DNA of 64,000 nucleotides from Escherichia coli (GCF_003790525.1 NZ_CP033635.1), one strand, 5' to 3'; shown: positions 12,224 to 24,098, counted from the stretch's first letter. Notes: generated from the sequence alone by a model not told the origin. Program-made: numbers and translations.

Positions 12224-12796
12224 TTAGTCAGCACGACCCATATAACGGCGTTCTTCGATATGGATACGAATTTTTTCGCCCGGGCTTAAGTATTCTGGTA
12301 CCTGAATCACCAGACCAGTGCTCAATGTCGCCGGTTTGTTACGGGCGCTGGCAGATGCCCCTTTGATGCCAGGTGCGGTTTCAACGATTTCCAGATCAAC
12401 GGTCTGCGGTAGCTCAAGCGCCAGCAGTTGACCGTCCCAGGTCAGCACCTGCATGTCCGGCATGCCGCCCTCAGGCATAAACAGCAACTCTTCTTCAATC
12501 TGATCTTTGGTGAAGGTATACGGGGTATAGTCTTCTTTATCCATAAAGACATATTCGTTGCCATCGACATAGGAGAAGTCAACGTAACGGCGGGTCAGCG
12601 TCACGGTGTCAACGATATCATCACCTTTGAAACGCTCTTCTACTTTCAGCCCGGTACGGACATCAGAAAAACGCATTTTGTACAGCGTAGCGGCACCGCG
12701 GGCAGTGGGCGACTGAATATCAATATCCTTAACCAGCAGCAGTTTGCCGTTGTAATTCAGTACCATACCTTTTTTAATTTCGTTCGCTCTTGGCAT
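12224..12796 (-). CDS. efpL: elongation factor P-like protein
   Basis: ORF 12224..13051 trimmed to the ATG at 12796 ([11 protein letters not shown]), giving 190 aa; EF-P family. Confidence 0.85.
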
Positions 12797-12950
12797 CGAA
12801 AAATTCCTGTAGTCGAAAATGTCAAAAATATCGCGACAAAGTACTCGCGACGGGCCTTTCGGGCAAGTGGTATTCGCACTTTTGCTGGTGCAAAAAAGGT
12901 GGTACTGTGCGCGCTCATCAATCCGGTGGTTAACCTTAAGAGAACAACGT

Positions 12951-13205
12951 ATGGAATGCCGTCCGGGTTGCGGGGCGTGTTGCACTGCCCCTTCAATTTC
13001 CAGCCCTATTCCCGGTATGCCAGATGGCAAGCCCGCCAATACGCCCTGCATTCAGCTTGATGAACAGCAACGCTGTAAAATTTTCACCTCGCCACTGCGG
13101 CCGAAAGTCTGTGCAGGCTTACAAGCCAGCGCTGAAATGTGCGGTAACTCGCGTCAGCAGGCAATGACCTGGCTTATCGATCTGGAAATGCTGACCGCGC
13201 CTTAA
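12951..13205 (+). CDS. yeiW: UPF0153 cysteine-cluster protein
   Basis: ATG at 12951 inside ORF 12819..13205; [11 protein letters not shown] motif; 84 aa. Confidence 0.75.
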
Positions 13206-14383
13206 ACATCTTTAATCCGCAGTAAGCAAAACAGAGTGGCGATAATCATCACCATCGCAAACCAGAACACAGCGTGATAATTCCAGATCTCGGCGACGAT
13301 GCCCGCCACAGATCCTGCGATGATCCAGCCCACGCGCGACGTGTTGGTATAGAGCGTGGTGGCTGAACCTGCCTGACCGGGCATCAAATCCTGAAAATAA
13401 AGCATCCCGATGCCGCCCAGAATGCCAATAAAAATAGCATTTAGCAGCTGCAAGCCCAACAGAATGGCAGGTGAATGCGCCATCAGCATTCCTGCGTAAA
13501 AACAGACGCCACCCACGGCAGCAACGCGCATTAAGAAACGCTTACCCAGACGTTTGGCAAAATATCCGGCAATCAACATGGTCGGGATTTCCAGCCCGGC
13601 GGCGGTCCCCATCATCACGCCTGCCAGTTTCTCGGGAAGATGCAGTTCGTTGATAATAAATAGCGGCATGTTGATGATGTACAGGCTGTTCGAGCCCCAC
13701 ATCAATGTACAAATGACAAACAGCAGCAGCGTATCGCGACGGTTACGGCGCGGCGCTTCAACCGTGCCGGTCGCCAGCGGAAGCTCTTTTTGCATCGACG
13801 GTAAAAACAGCCACACCATCACGCCGCAAACAATAAACGCTACCGCTGCGCTCAGATACATTACCGTAAAGCTGAAACCCATCGCTAAGGCATAAGCCAG
13901 CGGCGGGCCAATGACCCATGCCAGTGAAACCTGAGCGCGTAAAAAAGAGCTGAACATCACCGCCTCACGTCCGGTTTTGTCGGCATGTTCACGTGCAAGG
14001 GCAAACATTTGCGGGTTAGCGGTCGAGCCAAAGCTGCTAAGAAAGACGCCAACGAATAACAAAACAAAGTAGTTGCGATTCCAGGCAAAAAGGGTGCAGG
14101 CCAGCACGCCTAACAGGCAGCAAAAGACAATCAGCGATTTGCGATCGCCGCGCTTATCAGAGCGCCCGGCGAGAAACTGACTGACCAGAATCCCAATGAC
14201 AGCGCTGCCGGTAAAGAAGAATCCCACCATCGCCGGACGGGCATGTACTTCATCGGTAAGGAAAATACTGAGTGTCGGGGTTTGCAAAGCGCCCGCAATA
14301 CCGGTGAGAAAGGCAACGATTAAAAACGCCGTCGAGGTCAGATCAAACGATTTCGCGCTGGAGACTGCGGGGGAGTTATGCAT
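13202..14383 (-). CDS. setB: sugar efflux transporter B (MFS)
   Basis: ORF track 393 aa; 12-TM MFS protein; divergent from fruB. Confidence 0.9.
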
Positions 14384-14649
14384 GCTGGTCGATCACTGGA
14401 AGAGGAAGACGCGGAGTTTACGCTGCTTGTTAGAAAATAAACAGACAGCGAAATCAAAAGCGCCACGAATAATCAAAATGCCATTTCACTGTTGCTGATT
14501 GGCTGCTGACGCTGCTGAAATGAAATTGCTGATAACGGATTTTCCCATCAGCAATTAGGAAAAATGACAAAAAATTGTGCAGCACATCAAACTTTTGCTC
14601 ATTAGTTTGCGGCTTTCCTTGCGTGCTGAAACAGAAGTATTATGCTTTC

Positions 14650-14736
14650 TTGAAACGTTTCAGCGCGATCTTGTCTTTAACCCTAAGCCAGGTTGGCGCT
14701 TTTTTTCTCATAGAGGCTGAATCGTTTCAATTCAGC
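14650..14736. promoter_or_regulatory. fruBKA promoter region with two Cra (FruR) operator-like palindromes
   Basis: TGAAACGTTTCA at 14651-14662 and GCTGAATCGTTTCAATTCAGC at 14716-14736, directly upstream of the fruB SD and ATG. Confidence 0.7.
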
Positions 14737-14750
14737 AAGAGAGGAGAACT

Positions 14751-15881
14751 ATGTTCCAGTTATCCGTACAGGACATCCATCCGGGCGAAAAGGCCGGAGA
14801 CAAAGAAGAGGCGATTCGCCAGGTCGCTGCGGCGCTGGTGCAGGCCGGTAATGTAGCTGAAGGCTACGTCAATGGCATGCTGGCGCGCGAACAGCAAACC
14901 TCTACGTTCCTCGGCAATGGTATTGCTATTCCACACGGCACTACCGACACCCGCGATCAGGTGCTGAAAACCGGCGTTCAGGTATTTCAGTTCCCGGAAG
15001 GCGTCACCTGGGGTGACGGCCAGGTAGCGTACGTGGCGATCGGTATTGCTGCCAGCTCGGATGAACATCTGGGTCTGTTACGCCAGCTGACCCACGTACT
15101 AAGCGATGATTCCGTTGCTGAACAGCTGAAGTCAGCAACGACAGCAGAAGAACTTCGCGCATTGCTGATGGGCGAAAAGCAGAGTGAGCAGCTGAAGCTC
15201 GATAACGAAATGCTGACGCTGGATATTGTCGCCAGCGATCTGCTGACGCTTCAGGCGCTTAACGCTGCGCGTCTGAAAGAAGCAGGGGCAGTTGACGCCA
15301 CCTTCGTCACTAAAGCCATCAATGAACAACCGCTGAACCTCGGACAGGGCATCTGGCTGAGCGATAGCGCTGAAGGCAATCTGCGTAGCGCGATTGCGGT
15401 AAGCCGTGCGGCAAATGCTTTTGATGTGGACGGCGAAACGGCAGCCATGCTGGTGAGTGTGGCGATGAATGACGATCAGCCCATTGCGGTTCTTAAGCGT
15501 CTCGCTGATTTGTTGCTCGATAATAAAGCTGACCGCTTGCTGAAAGCGGATGCGGCAACGTTGCTGGCGCTGCTGACCAGCGATGATGCGCCGACCGACG
15601 ACGTGTTAAGCGCGGAGTTTGTGGTGCGCAATGAACACGGCCTGCATGCTCGTCCAGGTACCATGCTGGTCAATACCATTAAACAATTTAACAGTGATAT
15701 TACCGTGACAAACCTTGATGGCACCGGCAAACCGGCAAACGGACGTAGTCTGATGAAAGTTGTGGCACTTGGCGTTAAGAAAGGTCATCGCCTACGCTTT
15801 ACCGCCCAGGGTGCAGATGCTGAACAGGCGCTGAAAGCCATTGGCGACGCTATCGCTGCTGGTCTTGGGGAGGGCGCATAA
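14751..15881 (+). CDS. fruB: fructose PTS fused IIA/FPr (HPr-like) protein
   Basis: ORF track 376 aa; EIIA domain plus C-terminal HPr-like domain (GLHARPG). Confidence 0.95.
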
Positions 15882-16819
15882 TGAGCAGACGTGTTGCTAC
15901 GATCACCCTTAATCCGGCTTATGACCTTGTTGGTTTCTGCCCGGAAATTGAACGCGGCGAAGTGAACCTGGTGAAAACCACCGGTCTGCATGCGGCGGGT
16001 AAAGGCATCAACGTGGCCAAAGTATTAAAAGACCTGGGAATTGATGTCACCGTTGGCGGCTTCCTGGGTAAAGACAATCAGGATGGTTTTCAGCAACTGT
16101 TCAGCGAGCTGGGCATTGCCAACCGTTTCCAGGTTGTACAGGGGCGCACCCGAATTAACGTTAAGCTGACGGAAAAAGACGGCGAAGTGACCGACTTCAA
16201 CTTCTCGGGTTTTGAAGTCACCCCCGCCGACTGGGAACGCTTTGTGACTGATTCTCTGAGCTGGCTCGGTCAGTTCGATATGGTCTGTGTCAGCGGAAGC
16301 TTACCGTCAGGCGTCAGCCCGGAAGCGTTCACCGACTGGATGACTCGCCTGCGTAGTCAGTGTCCTTGCATTATCTTTGATAGTAGCCGTGAAGCGTTAG
16401 TAGCAGGTTTGAAAGCGGCACCGTGGCTGGTGAAACCTAACCGCCGCGAGCTGGAAATCTGGGCGGGCCGTAAACTGCCTGAAATGAAAGATGTGATTGA
16501 AGCTGCGCATGCGCTGCGTGAACAAGGTATCGCGCATGTCGTTATTTCACTGGGTGCCGAAGGCGCGCTTTGGGTTAATGCCTCCGGCGAATGGATCGCC
16601 AAACCACCGTCAGTCGATGTCGTAAGCACCGTTGGCGCAGGGGATTCTATGGTTGGTGGCCTGATTTATGGCTTGCTGATGCGTGAATCCAGTGAACACA
16701 CACTGCGTCTGGCGACAGCTGTTGCAGCCCTGGCGGTAAGTCAAAGCAATGTGGGTATTACCGATCGTCCGCAGTTGGCCGCAATGATGGCGCGCGTCGA
16801 CTTACAACCTTTTAACTGA
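15881..16819 (+). CDS. fruK: 1-phosphofructokinase
   Basis: ORF track 312 aa; PfkB ribokinase family; start overlaps the fruB stop (ATGA). Confidence 0.95.
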   Translation: MSRRVATITLNPAYDLVGFCPEIERGEVNLVKTTGLHAAGKGINVAKVLKDLGIDVTVGGFLGKDNQDGFQQLFSELGIANRFQVVQGRTRINVKLTEKDGEVTDFNFSGFEVTPADWERFVTDSLSWLGQFDMVCVSGSLPSGVSPEAFTDWMTRLRSQCPCIIFDSSREALVAGLKAAPWLVKPNRRELEIWAGRKLPEMKDVIEAAHALREQGIAHVVISLGAEGALWVNASGEWIAKPPSVDVVSTVGAGDSMVGGLIYGLLMRESSEHTLRLATAVAALAVSQSNVGITDRPQLAAMMARVDLQPFN

Positions 16820-16835
16820 CAGCAGGAGAGGCATA

Positions 16836-18527
16836 ATGAAAACGCTGCTGATTATTGACGCTAATCTCGGTCAGGCACGCGCCTATATGGCGAAGACCCT
16901 GCTGGGCGCGGCGGCGCGAAAAGCAAAACTGGAAATCATCGACAATCCGAACGACGCAGAAATGGCGATTGTTCTCGGTGATTCCATCCCGAATGACAGC
17001 GCGCTGAACGGTAAAAATGTCTGGCTGGGCGATATTTCCCGGGCAGTTGCGCACCCTGAGCTGTTCCTGAGTGAAGCCAAAGGCCATGCGAAACCTTACA
17101 CTGCGCCGGTCGCTGCGACAGCACCGGTTGCCGCCAGCGGTCCGAAACGCGTAGTTGCGGTGACTGCTTGCCCGACTGGCGTAGCACACACCTTTATGGC
17201 GGCTGAAGCCATTGAAACCGAAGCGAAAAAACGTGGCTGGTGGGTGAAAGTTGAAACCCGTGGTTCTGTTGGCGCGGGTAATGCAATCACCCCTGAAGAA
17301 GTCGCAGCAGCGGATCTGGTGATTGTGGCGGCAGATATCGAAGTGGATCTGGCGAAATTTGCTGGTAAACCGATGTATCGCACCTCTACCGGTCTGGCGC
17401 TGAAGAAAACTGCGCAGGAACTGGATAAAGCGGTTGCTGAAGCAACGCCGTATGAACCAGCGGGCAAAGCTCAAACAGCGACCACTGAAGGTAAGAAAGA
17501 GAGTGCAGGCGCTTACCGTCACTTGCTGACGGGCGTCTCTTACATGCTGCCGATGGTCGTTGCAGGTGGTCTGTGTATCGCGCTTTCTTTTGCTTTTGGT
17601 ATCGAAGCGTTTAAAGAGCCGGGTACGTTGGCTGCGGCGCTGATGCAGATTGGTGGTGGTTCAGCCTTTGCGTTGATGGTGCCGGTACTGGCAGGTTATA
17701 TTGCCTTTTCCATTGCCGATCGTCCGGGTCTCACGCCGGGTCTGATTGGCGGTATGCTGGCGGTCAGCACCGGTTCTGGCTTCATTGGCGGTATTATTGC
17801 GGGCTTCCTGGCTGGTTACATTGCGAAGTTAATCAGTACGCAATTGAAACTGCCACAGAGTATGGAGGCGCTGAAACCGATTCTGATCATTCCGCTAATT
17901 TCCAGTCTGGTGGTCGGTCTGGCGATGATCTACCTGATCGGTAAACCGGTTGCTGGCATTCTCGAAGGGTTGACTCACTGGCTGCAGACCATGGGGACTG
18001 CGAATGCGGTTCTGCTGGGGGCGATCCTCGGTGGCATGATGTGTACTGACATGGGCGGTCCGGTAAACAAAGCAGCGTACGCATTCGGTGTGGGTCTGCT
18101 GAGTACTCAAACCTATGGCCCGATGGCGGCGATTATGGCGGCAGGTATGGTGCCACCGCTGGCAATGGGCCTGGCAACAATGGTGGCGCGTCGCAAATTC
18201 GACAAGGCGCAGCAGGAAGGGGGCAAAGCTGCTCTGGTACTGGGACTGTGCTTTATTTCGGAAGGTGCAATTCCGTTTGCTGCCCGTGATCCGATGCGTG
18301 TGCTGCCGTGCTGTATCGTGGGTGGGGCGCTGACTGGCGCAATCTCAATGGCGATTGGTGCGAAACTGATGGCACCGCACGGTGGTCTGTTTGTTCTGCT
18401 GATCCCTGGCGCGATTACGCCGGTATTGGGTTACCTGGTAGCCATTATTGCCGGTACGCTGGTGGCGGGGTTGGCCTATGCCTTCCTGAAACGTCCGGAA
18501 GTGGACGCAGTAGCGAAAGCAGCGTAA
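16836..18527 (+). CDS. fruA: fructose PTS IIB'BC component
   Basis: ORF track 563 aa; duplicated IIB domain plus IIC membrane domain. Confidence 0.95.
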   Translation: MKTLLIIDANLGQARAYMAKTLLGAAARKAKLEIIDNPNDAEMAIVLGDSIPNDSALNGKNVWLGDISRAVAHPELFLSEAKGHAKPYTAPVAATAPVAASGPKRVVAVTACPTGVAHTFMAAEAIETEAKKRGWWVKVETRGSVGAGNAITPEEVAAADLVIVAADIEVDLAKFAGKPMYRTSTGLALKKTAQELDKAVAEATPYEPAGKAQTATTEGKKESAGAYRHLLTGVSYMLPMVVAGGLCIALSFAFGIEAFKEPGTLAAALMQIGGGSAFALMVPVLAGYIAFSIADRPGLTPGLIGGMLAVSTGSGFIGGIIAGFLAGYIAKLISTQLKLPQSMEALKPILIIPLISSLVVGLAMIYLIGKPVAGILEGLTHWLQTMGTANAVLLGAILGGMMCTDMGGPVNKAAYAFGVGLLSTQTYGPMAAIMAAGMVPPLAMGLATMVARRKFDKAQQEGGKAALVLGLCFISEGAIPFAARDPMRVLPCCIVGGALTGAISMAIGAKLMAPHGGLFVLLIPGAITPVLGYLVAIIAGTLVAGLAYAFLKRPEVDAVAKAA

Positions 18528-18681
18528 TAAAAGGTGTGTTACAGGGCAGAAATTTCCTGCCCTGTAACATTTGATGAGCGCAAAGGGAATGACCGGTTTG
18601 TGAATGTAATTTTATGAATTTAAATGGTTTTATCTTTTAGTGGAAACCTGAAACTTTCATCAAACACTAAGGTTATTTCCT

Positions 18682-18712
18682 CAAGGGCAGATTAATTTCT
18701 GCCCTTTTTTAG
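18682..18712 (+). terminator. rho-independent terminator downstream of fruA
   Basis: aagggcagattaatttctgcccttttttag: stem followed by a T-run. Confidence 0.6.
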
Positions 18713-18950
18713 TGTTCCTGTTCTGTGCATCCCGTCACAAATTCCCCGTTTTTATAATTCAGGCATTTAATCGCGTTTTGTGAGCCTGCTCAAATCTGCC
18801 CATTTTGCCTCTCTGGCGGTAATTTACTTTACGTAAAACATGCATACTATGAGCACATGTTTAAATATGAACACATGTTTAAACCGTCTTTGCAGTATCA
18901 ATATTCTTGTGGATTGACAGGGTTGGTAATTTTTTACCAGAGGACGTGCT

Positions 18951-19892
18951 ATGCGCGAAAAGGATTATGTCGTAATTATAGGTTCGGCGAATATTGATGT
19001 CGCCGGATATTCACATGAATCATTAAATTATGCGGATTCAAATCCAGGTAAAATAAAATTTACGCCTGGTGGGGTAGGGCGCAATATTGCACAAAACCTG
19101 GCGTTGCTGGGTAATAAAGCCTGGCTACTGAGCGCCGTAGGCAGTGATTTTTATGGCCAATCGCTGCTAACGCAAACCAATCAATCTGGCGTTTATGTCG
19201 ATAAATGCCTGATTGTGCCGGGAGAAAATACGTCGAGCTATTTATCATTACTCGATAATACCGGTGAAATGCTGGTTGCTATAAATGACATGAATATTAG
19301 CAACGCTATTACAGCTGAATATCTCGCACAGCACCGTGAATTTATTCAGAGGGCAAAGGTCATTGTCGCGGACTGTAATATCAGTGAAGAGGCACTGGCA
19401 TGGATTCTGGATAATGCCGCCAACGTACCCGTATTTGTCGATCCGGTTTCAGCGTGGAAATGTGTCAAAGTGCGCGACCGTCTAAATCAAATCCACACTC
19501 TCAAGCCAAACCGCCTTGAAGCGGAAACCCTGAGTGGGATTGCGCTGTCAGGGCGTGAAGATGTGGCAAAGGTTGCCGCCTGGTTCCATCAACATGGCCT
19601 GAACCGACTGGTATTGAGCATGGGCGGCGACGGCGTTTATTACAGTGATATCAGCGGTGAAAGTGGTTGGTCTGCGCCGATCAAAACCAATGTCATTAAT
19701 GTTACCGGAGCGGGCGATGCCATGATGGCGGGACTTGCTTCGTGTTGGGTAGACGGAATGCCGTTTGCCGAATCTGTTCGTTTCGCACAGGGATGTTCGT
19801 CAATGGCGCTCTCCTGTGAATACACCAATAACCCCGATTTATCGATTGCCAACGTTATATCGTTAGTGGAGAACGTAGAATGTCTGAATTAA
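18951..19892 (+). CDS. psuK: pseudouridine kinase (PfkB family)
   Basis: ORF track 313 aa; GAGD ribokinase motif; operon with psuG and psuT. Confidence 0.85.
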   Translation: MREKDYVVIIGSANIDVAGYSHESLNYADSNPGKIKFTPGGVGRNIAQNLALLGNKAWLLSAVGSDFYGQSLLTQTNQSGVYVDKCLIVPGENTSSYLSLLDNTGEMLVAINDMNISNAITAEYLAQHREFIQRAKVIVADCNISEEALAWILDNAANVPVFVDPVSAWKCVKVRDRLNQIHTLKPNRLEAETLSGIALSGREDVAKVAAWFHQHGLNRLVLSMGGDGVYYSDISGESGWSAPIKTNVINVTGAGDAMMAGLASCWVDGMPFAESVRFAQGCSSMALSCEYTNNPDLSIANVISLVENVECLN

Positions 19893-20818
19893 AAATTTCC
19901 CCTGAATTATTACAAATCTCCCCGGAAGTGCAGGACGCTTTAAAAAACAAAAAACCGGTTGTGGCGCTGGAATCGACTATTATTTCTCACGGGATGCCGT
20001 TCCCACAAAATGCCCAGACCGCAATTGAAGTTGAAGAAACTATTCGTAAACAGGGCGCTGTACCTGCCACTATCGCCATTATTGGCGGCGTGATGAAAGT
20101 GGGTTTAAGCAAAGAAGAAATTGAATTGCTGGGTCGCGAAGGGCATAACGTGACCAAAGTTAGTCGTCGCGATTTACCTTTTGTCGTTGCCGCCGGAAAA
20201 AATGGCGCAACCACTGTGGCTTCAACGATGATTATTGCGGCGCTTGCCGGAATTAAAGTATTTGCCACCGGGGGAATTGGTGGTGTGCATCGCGGGGCGG
20301 AACATACCTTCGATATTTCTGCCGATTTGCAAGAACTGGCAAATACTAATGTCACCGTTGTTTGTGCCGGTGCAAAATCTATTCTCGATTTAGGATTAAC
20401 AACAGAATATTTAGAAACCTTCGGTGTGCCGTTAATTGGCTATCAGACAAAAGCGCTGCCTGCGTTTTTCTGCCGTACCAGCCCATTTGAAGTTAGTATT
20501 CGCCTTGATAGTGCCACGGAAATCGCTCGTGCAATGGCGGTGAAATGGCAAAGCGGTCTGAACGGTGGCCTGGTGGTGGCAAATCCGATCCCGGAACAGT
20601 TTGCGATGCCGGAGGAATCTATCAATGCAGCCATAGATCAAGCCGTCGCCGAAGCCGAAGAGCAGGGCGTTATTGGTAAAGAAAGCACACCGTTCCTGCT
20701 GGCTCGTGTTGCTGAACTGACTGGCGGTGACAGCCTGAAATCCAACATCCAACTGGTGTTCAACAACGCCATTCTGGCGAGCGAAATTGCCAAAGAATAC
20801 CAGCGTCTCGCGGGTTAA
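19880..20818 (+). CDS. psuG: pseudouridine-5'-phosphate glycosidase
   Basis: ORF track 312 aa; IndA family. Confidence 0.85.
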   Translation: MSELKISPELLQISPEVQDALKNKKPVVALESTIISHGMPFPQNAQTAIEVEETIRKQGAVPATIAIIGGVMKVGLSKEEIELLGREGHNVTKVSRRDLPFVVAAGKNGATTVASTMIIAALAGIKVFATGGIGGVHRGAEHTFDISADLQELANTNVTVVCAGAKSILDLGLTTEYLETFGVPLIGYQTKALPAFFCRTSPFEVSIRLDSATEIARAMAVKWQSGLNGGLVVANPIPEQFAMPEESINAAIDQAVAEAEEQGVIGKESTPFLLARVAELTGGDSLKSNIQLVFNNAILASEIAKEYQRLAG

Positions 20819-20911
20819 TTTCTGACGGGCAGAAAGCCGTCGCCCGTACTGATCATACATACCAAAACCTGGCGCTGACGCCGGGTTTACTGGCATGAAG
20901 GGAAAATCATT

Positions 20912-22162
20912 ATGGATATAATGAGAAGTGTTGTGGGGATGGTGGTGTTACTGGCAATAGCATTTTTGTTGTCAGTGAATAAAAAGAGCATCAGTTTGCG
21001 CACGGTTGGAGCCGCGTTGCTGCTACAAATCGCCATTGGCGGAATCATGCTCTATTTTCCACCAGGAAAATGGGCGGTAGAACAGGCGGCATTAGGCGTT
21101 CATAAAGTGATGTCTTACAGTGATGCCGGTAGCGCCTTCATTTTTGGTTCGCTGGTTGGGCCGAAAATGGATGTCCTCTTTGACGGTGCGGGTTTTATCT
21201 TCGCCTTTCGCGTACTCCCGGCGATTATCTTCGTCACTGCGCTCATTAGTCTGCTGTACTACATTGGCGTGATGGGGCTGCTGATTCGCATCCTTGGCAG
21301 CATTTTCCAGAAAGCCCTCAACATCAGCAAAATCGAATCTTTTGTTGCGGTTACCACTATTTTCCTCGGGCAAAATGAGATCCCGGCGATCGTTAAACCG
21401 TTTATCGATCGCATGAATCGCAACGAGTTGTTTACCGCAATTTGTAGCGGGATGGCGTCCATTGCGGGTTCGATGATGATTGGTTATGCCGGAATGGGCG
21501 TACCAATTGACTACCTGTTAGCGGCATCGCTGATGGCGATCCCTGGCGGGATTTTGTTTGCACGTATTCTTAGCCCGGCAACCGAGCCTTCGCAGGTCAC
21601 ATTTGAAAATTTATCGTTCAGCGAAACGCCGCCAAAAAGCTTTATCGAAGCGGCGGCGAGCGGTGCGATGACCGGGCTGAAAATCGCCGCTGGTGTGGCG
21701 ACGGTGGTAATGGTATTTGTGGCAATTATTGCGCTGATCAACGGCATTATCGGCGGAATTGGCGGCTGGTTTGGCTTCGCCAATGCTTCTCTGGAAAGTA
21801 TTTTTGGCTATGTGCTGGCACCGCTGGCGTGGATCATGGGTGTGGACTGGAGTGATGCCAACCTTGCGGGTAGCCTGATTGGGCAGAAACTGGCAATTAA
21901 CGAATTCGTCGCTTACCTGAGTTTCTCCCCATACCTGCAAACGGGCGGCACGCTGGAAGTGAAAACCATTGCGATTATCTCCTTTGCGCTTTGTGGTTTT
22001 GCTAACTTTGGTTCTATCGGTGTTGTCGTTGGGGCATTTTCGGCTATTTCGCCAAAACGCGCACCGGAAATCGCTCAGCTTGGTTTACGGGCGCTGGCAG
22101 CAGCAACGCTTTCCAACCTGATGAGCGCGACCATTGCCGGGTTCTTTATTGGTTTAGCTTGA
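20912..22162 (+). CDS. psuT: NupC-family nucleoside transporter
   Basis: ORF track 416 aa; CNT-family membrane protein; close paralog of nupX at 24099. Confidence 0.85.
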   Translation: MDIMRSVVGMVVLLAIAFLLSVNKKSISLRTVGAALLLQIAIGGIMLYFPPGKWAVEQAALGVHKVMSYSDAGSAFIFGSLVGPKMDVLFDGAGFIFAFRVLPAIIFVTALISLLYYIGVMGLLIRILGSIFQKALNISKIESFVAVTTIFLGQNEIPAIVKPFIDRMNRNELFTAICSGMASIAGSMMIGYAGMGVPIDYLLAASLMAIPGGILFARILSPATEPSQVTFENLSFSETPPKSFIEAAASGAMTGLKIAAGVATVVMVFVAIIALINGIIGGIGGWFGFANASLESIFGYVLAPLAWIMGVDWSDANLAGSLIGQKLAINEFVAYLSFSPYLQTGGTLEVKTIAIISFALCGFANFGSIGVVVGAFSAISPKRAPEIAQLGLRALAAATLSNLMSATIAGFFIGLA

Positions 22163-22169
22163 GTTTCAT

Positions 22170-22206
22170 TGCCGGATGTACGCCTTATTAAGCGTTGCAT
22201 CCGGCA
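22170..22206. repeat. REP-like palindromic element
   Basis: tgccggatgtacgccttattaagcgttgcatccggca, REP-type palindrome after the psuT stop. Confidence 0.6.
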
Positions 22207-22229
22207 ATCGCGCTATTGCAGATTATTTT

Positions 22230-22889
22230 TTACTGCATCATCCCGGAGAATTTATTCTCCGGGTCCATCTCCAGCGCCAGTCCTGACAACTGCTTTCTGT
22301 TTTTAATTAGATATCCTTTCTTGCTTTTAATTAATAAACCGTCGTGAATGAATTGCGCGAGAACATATAAAAGATGTCGATAAGAAACGCCTAAATACTC
22401 TGCCGCTTGCGTATGCTTTTCGTGATAAAGATCACCTTCTTGTGAGAGTAATATAAATGCTGCCAGGCGATTCACTAACGGAAATGATTGATTCTGAGTT
22501 AAAGAAACAATATTGCGATAATTTTTATGGCTTAAACTAACGCAGAGTTTTCGTAAAAATAGCGTGTCGTTTAATAACAGCGGACGGTAATGTTTCATGG
22601 GGAGTGCAAGGCACCAACACTCTTCAATCGCCTGCACCGCACGTGGTTCATGGTCTTTATCGATTAACTCAATCTCACCAATAAAACAGGGGGCGGCAAA
22701 GAAATCGATCAGCGACACGCGACCATTAGCAAGCGTGGCGTAAAGCCTGGCGCGGCCTCGCGTCAGGTAAAACAGCCATGACGGCTGTTGCCCTTCCTGC
22801 ACAATGTAGTCACGTGCTAAAAAATGAAACAGCCGTGCATCGGCTGAAACATCCGTTGAAAAGCAATCCTTAAACGCGGATTCACTCAT
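22230..22889 (-). CDS. yeiL: Crp/Fnr-family transcriptional regulator
   Basis: ORF 22230..22928 trimmed to the ATG at 22889 (MSESAFKD); cNMP-binding fold plus C-terminal HTH. Confidence 0.8.
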   Translation of the reverse strand: MSESAFKDCFSTDVSADARLFHFLARDYIVQEGQQPSWLFYLTRGRARLYATLANGRVSLIDFFAAPCFIGEIELIDKDHEPRAVQAIEECWCLALPMKHYRPLLLNDTLFLRKLCVSLSHKNYRNIVSLTQNQSFPLVNRLAAFILLSQEGDLYHEKHTQAAEYLGVSYRHLLYVLAQFIHDGLLIKSKKGYLIKNRKQLSGLALEMDPENKFSGMMQ

Positions 22890-23057
22890 CAATTGCTGCT
22901 TAAGATCATTATTGTGGATTTCTTTCACGATATTTATCCGCTATGAGATTTCTCATATTTAGCATACGTACGCTGTTGTTAAGATTCAATCATCGGCCCG
23001 GTCGAATTTTCTTTGCTGTAGAAAAAATAACGCAACTGGAAACAGAGGAAATAAACA

Positions 23058-23999
23058 ATGGAAAAGAGAAAAATTATTCTGGATTGTGATCCGGGTCATG
23101 ATGATGCTATTGCAATGATGATGGCAGCGAAACATCCGGCGATTGATTTATTAGGTATCACCATTGTAGCGGGTAATCAGACGCTTGATAAAACATTAAT
23201 TAATGGCCTGAATGTTTGCCAGAAACTGGAGATTAATGTTCCGGTTTATGCGGGGATGCCACAACCCATTATGCGGCAACAAATCGTTGCCGATAATATT
23301 CACGGTGAAACCGGACTGGATGGCCCGGTATTCGAGCCGCTGACCCGCCAGGCAGAAAGCACTCATGCGGTGAAATATATCATCGATACCCTGATGGCAA
23401 GCGATGGCGATATCACTCTGGTGCCGGTTGGTCCGCTTTCAAATATCGCGGTGGCAATGCGTATGCAGCCCGCGATCCTGCCAAAAATCCGTGAAATTGT
23501 ACTGATGGGCGGCGCTTATGGTACTGGCAACTTCACGCCATCTGCCGAGTTCAACATCTTTGCGGACCCGGAAGCGGCGCGAGTGGTGTTCACCTCCGGC
23601 GTTCCATTAGTGATGATGGGCCTCGATCTCACCAACCAGACCGTTTGCACCCCGGACGTGATTGCTAGGATGGAAAGGGCAGGCGGCCCCGCCGGAGAGC
23701 TGTTCAGCGACATCATGAACTTCACTCTGAAAACGCAGTTCGAAAACTACGGTCTGGCTGGCGGCCCGGTACATGACGCCACCTGTATCGGTTATCTGAT
23801 TAACCCCGATGGCATTAAAACCCAGGAGATGTACGTCGAAGTGGATGTTAACAGTGGCCCTTGCTATGGGCGTACCGTCTGCGACGAGCTGGGCGTTCTT
23901 GGCAAGCCCGCCAATACCAAAGTCGGCATCACTATTGATACCGACTGGTTCTGGGGATTAGTCGAAGAGTGCGTGCGCGGCTACATCAAAACCCATTAA
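23058..23999 (+). CDS. rihB: pyrimidine-specific ribonucleoside hydrolase
   Basis: ORF track 313 aa; DCDPGHDD nucleoside hydrolase signature at the N-terminus. Confidence 0.9.
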   Translation: MEKRKIILDCDPGHDDAIAMMMAAKHPAIDLLGITIVAGNQTLDKTLINGLNVCQKLEINVPVYAGMPQPIMRQQIVADNIHGETGLDGPVFEPLTRQAESTHAVKYIIDTLMASDGDITLVPVGPLSNIAVAMRMQPAILPKIREIVLMGGAYGTGNFTPSAEFNIFADPEAARVVFTSGVPLVMMGLDLTNQTVCTPDVIARMERAGGPAGELFSDIMNFTLKTQFENYGLAGGPVHDATCIGYLINPDGIKTQEMYVEVDVNSGPCYGRTVCDELGVLGKPANTKVGITIDTDWFWGLVEECVRGYIKTH

Positions 24000-24098
24000 G
24001 TGTTGATAACAAGCCGGGACAGTATCGCAAGATGCAGGCCCGGCGATTTCTGATGGGCAGAAAGCCGTCGCCCAAAATGACATGAAGAGATAATAACT

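Noticed and set aside
12428-13060. 210-aa plus-strand ORF overlapping efpL and yeiW
   Set aside because: Antisense to efpL; composition not protein-like; the recognisable yeiW is only the last 84 codons of a different ORF.
16812-17522. 236-aa minus-strand ORF overlapping the start of fruA
   Set aside because: Lies entirely antisense to the well-supported fruA gene; Arg/Cys-rich translation typical of a shadow ORF.
18535-18569. Hairpin gtgttacagggcagaaatttcctgccctgtaacat immediately after fruA as its terminator
   Set aside because: Perfect stem but no T-run follows; the T-run-bearing hairpin at 18682-18712 is the more likely terminator. The first may be a REP-like or regulatory structure.
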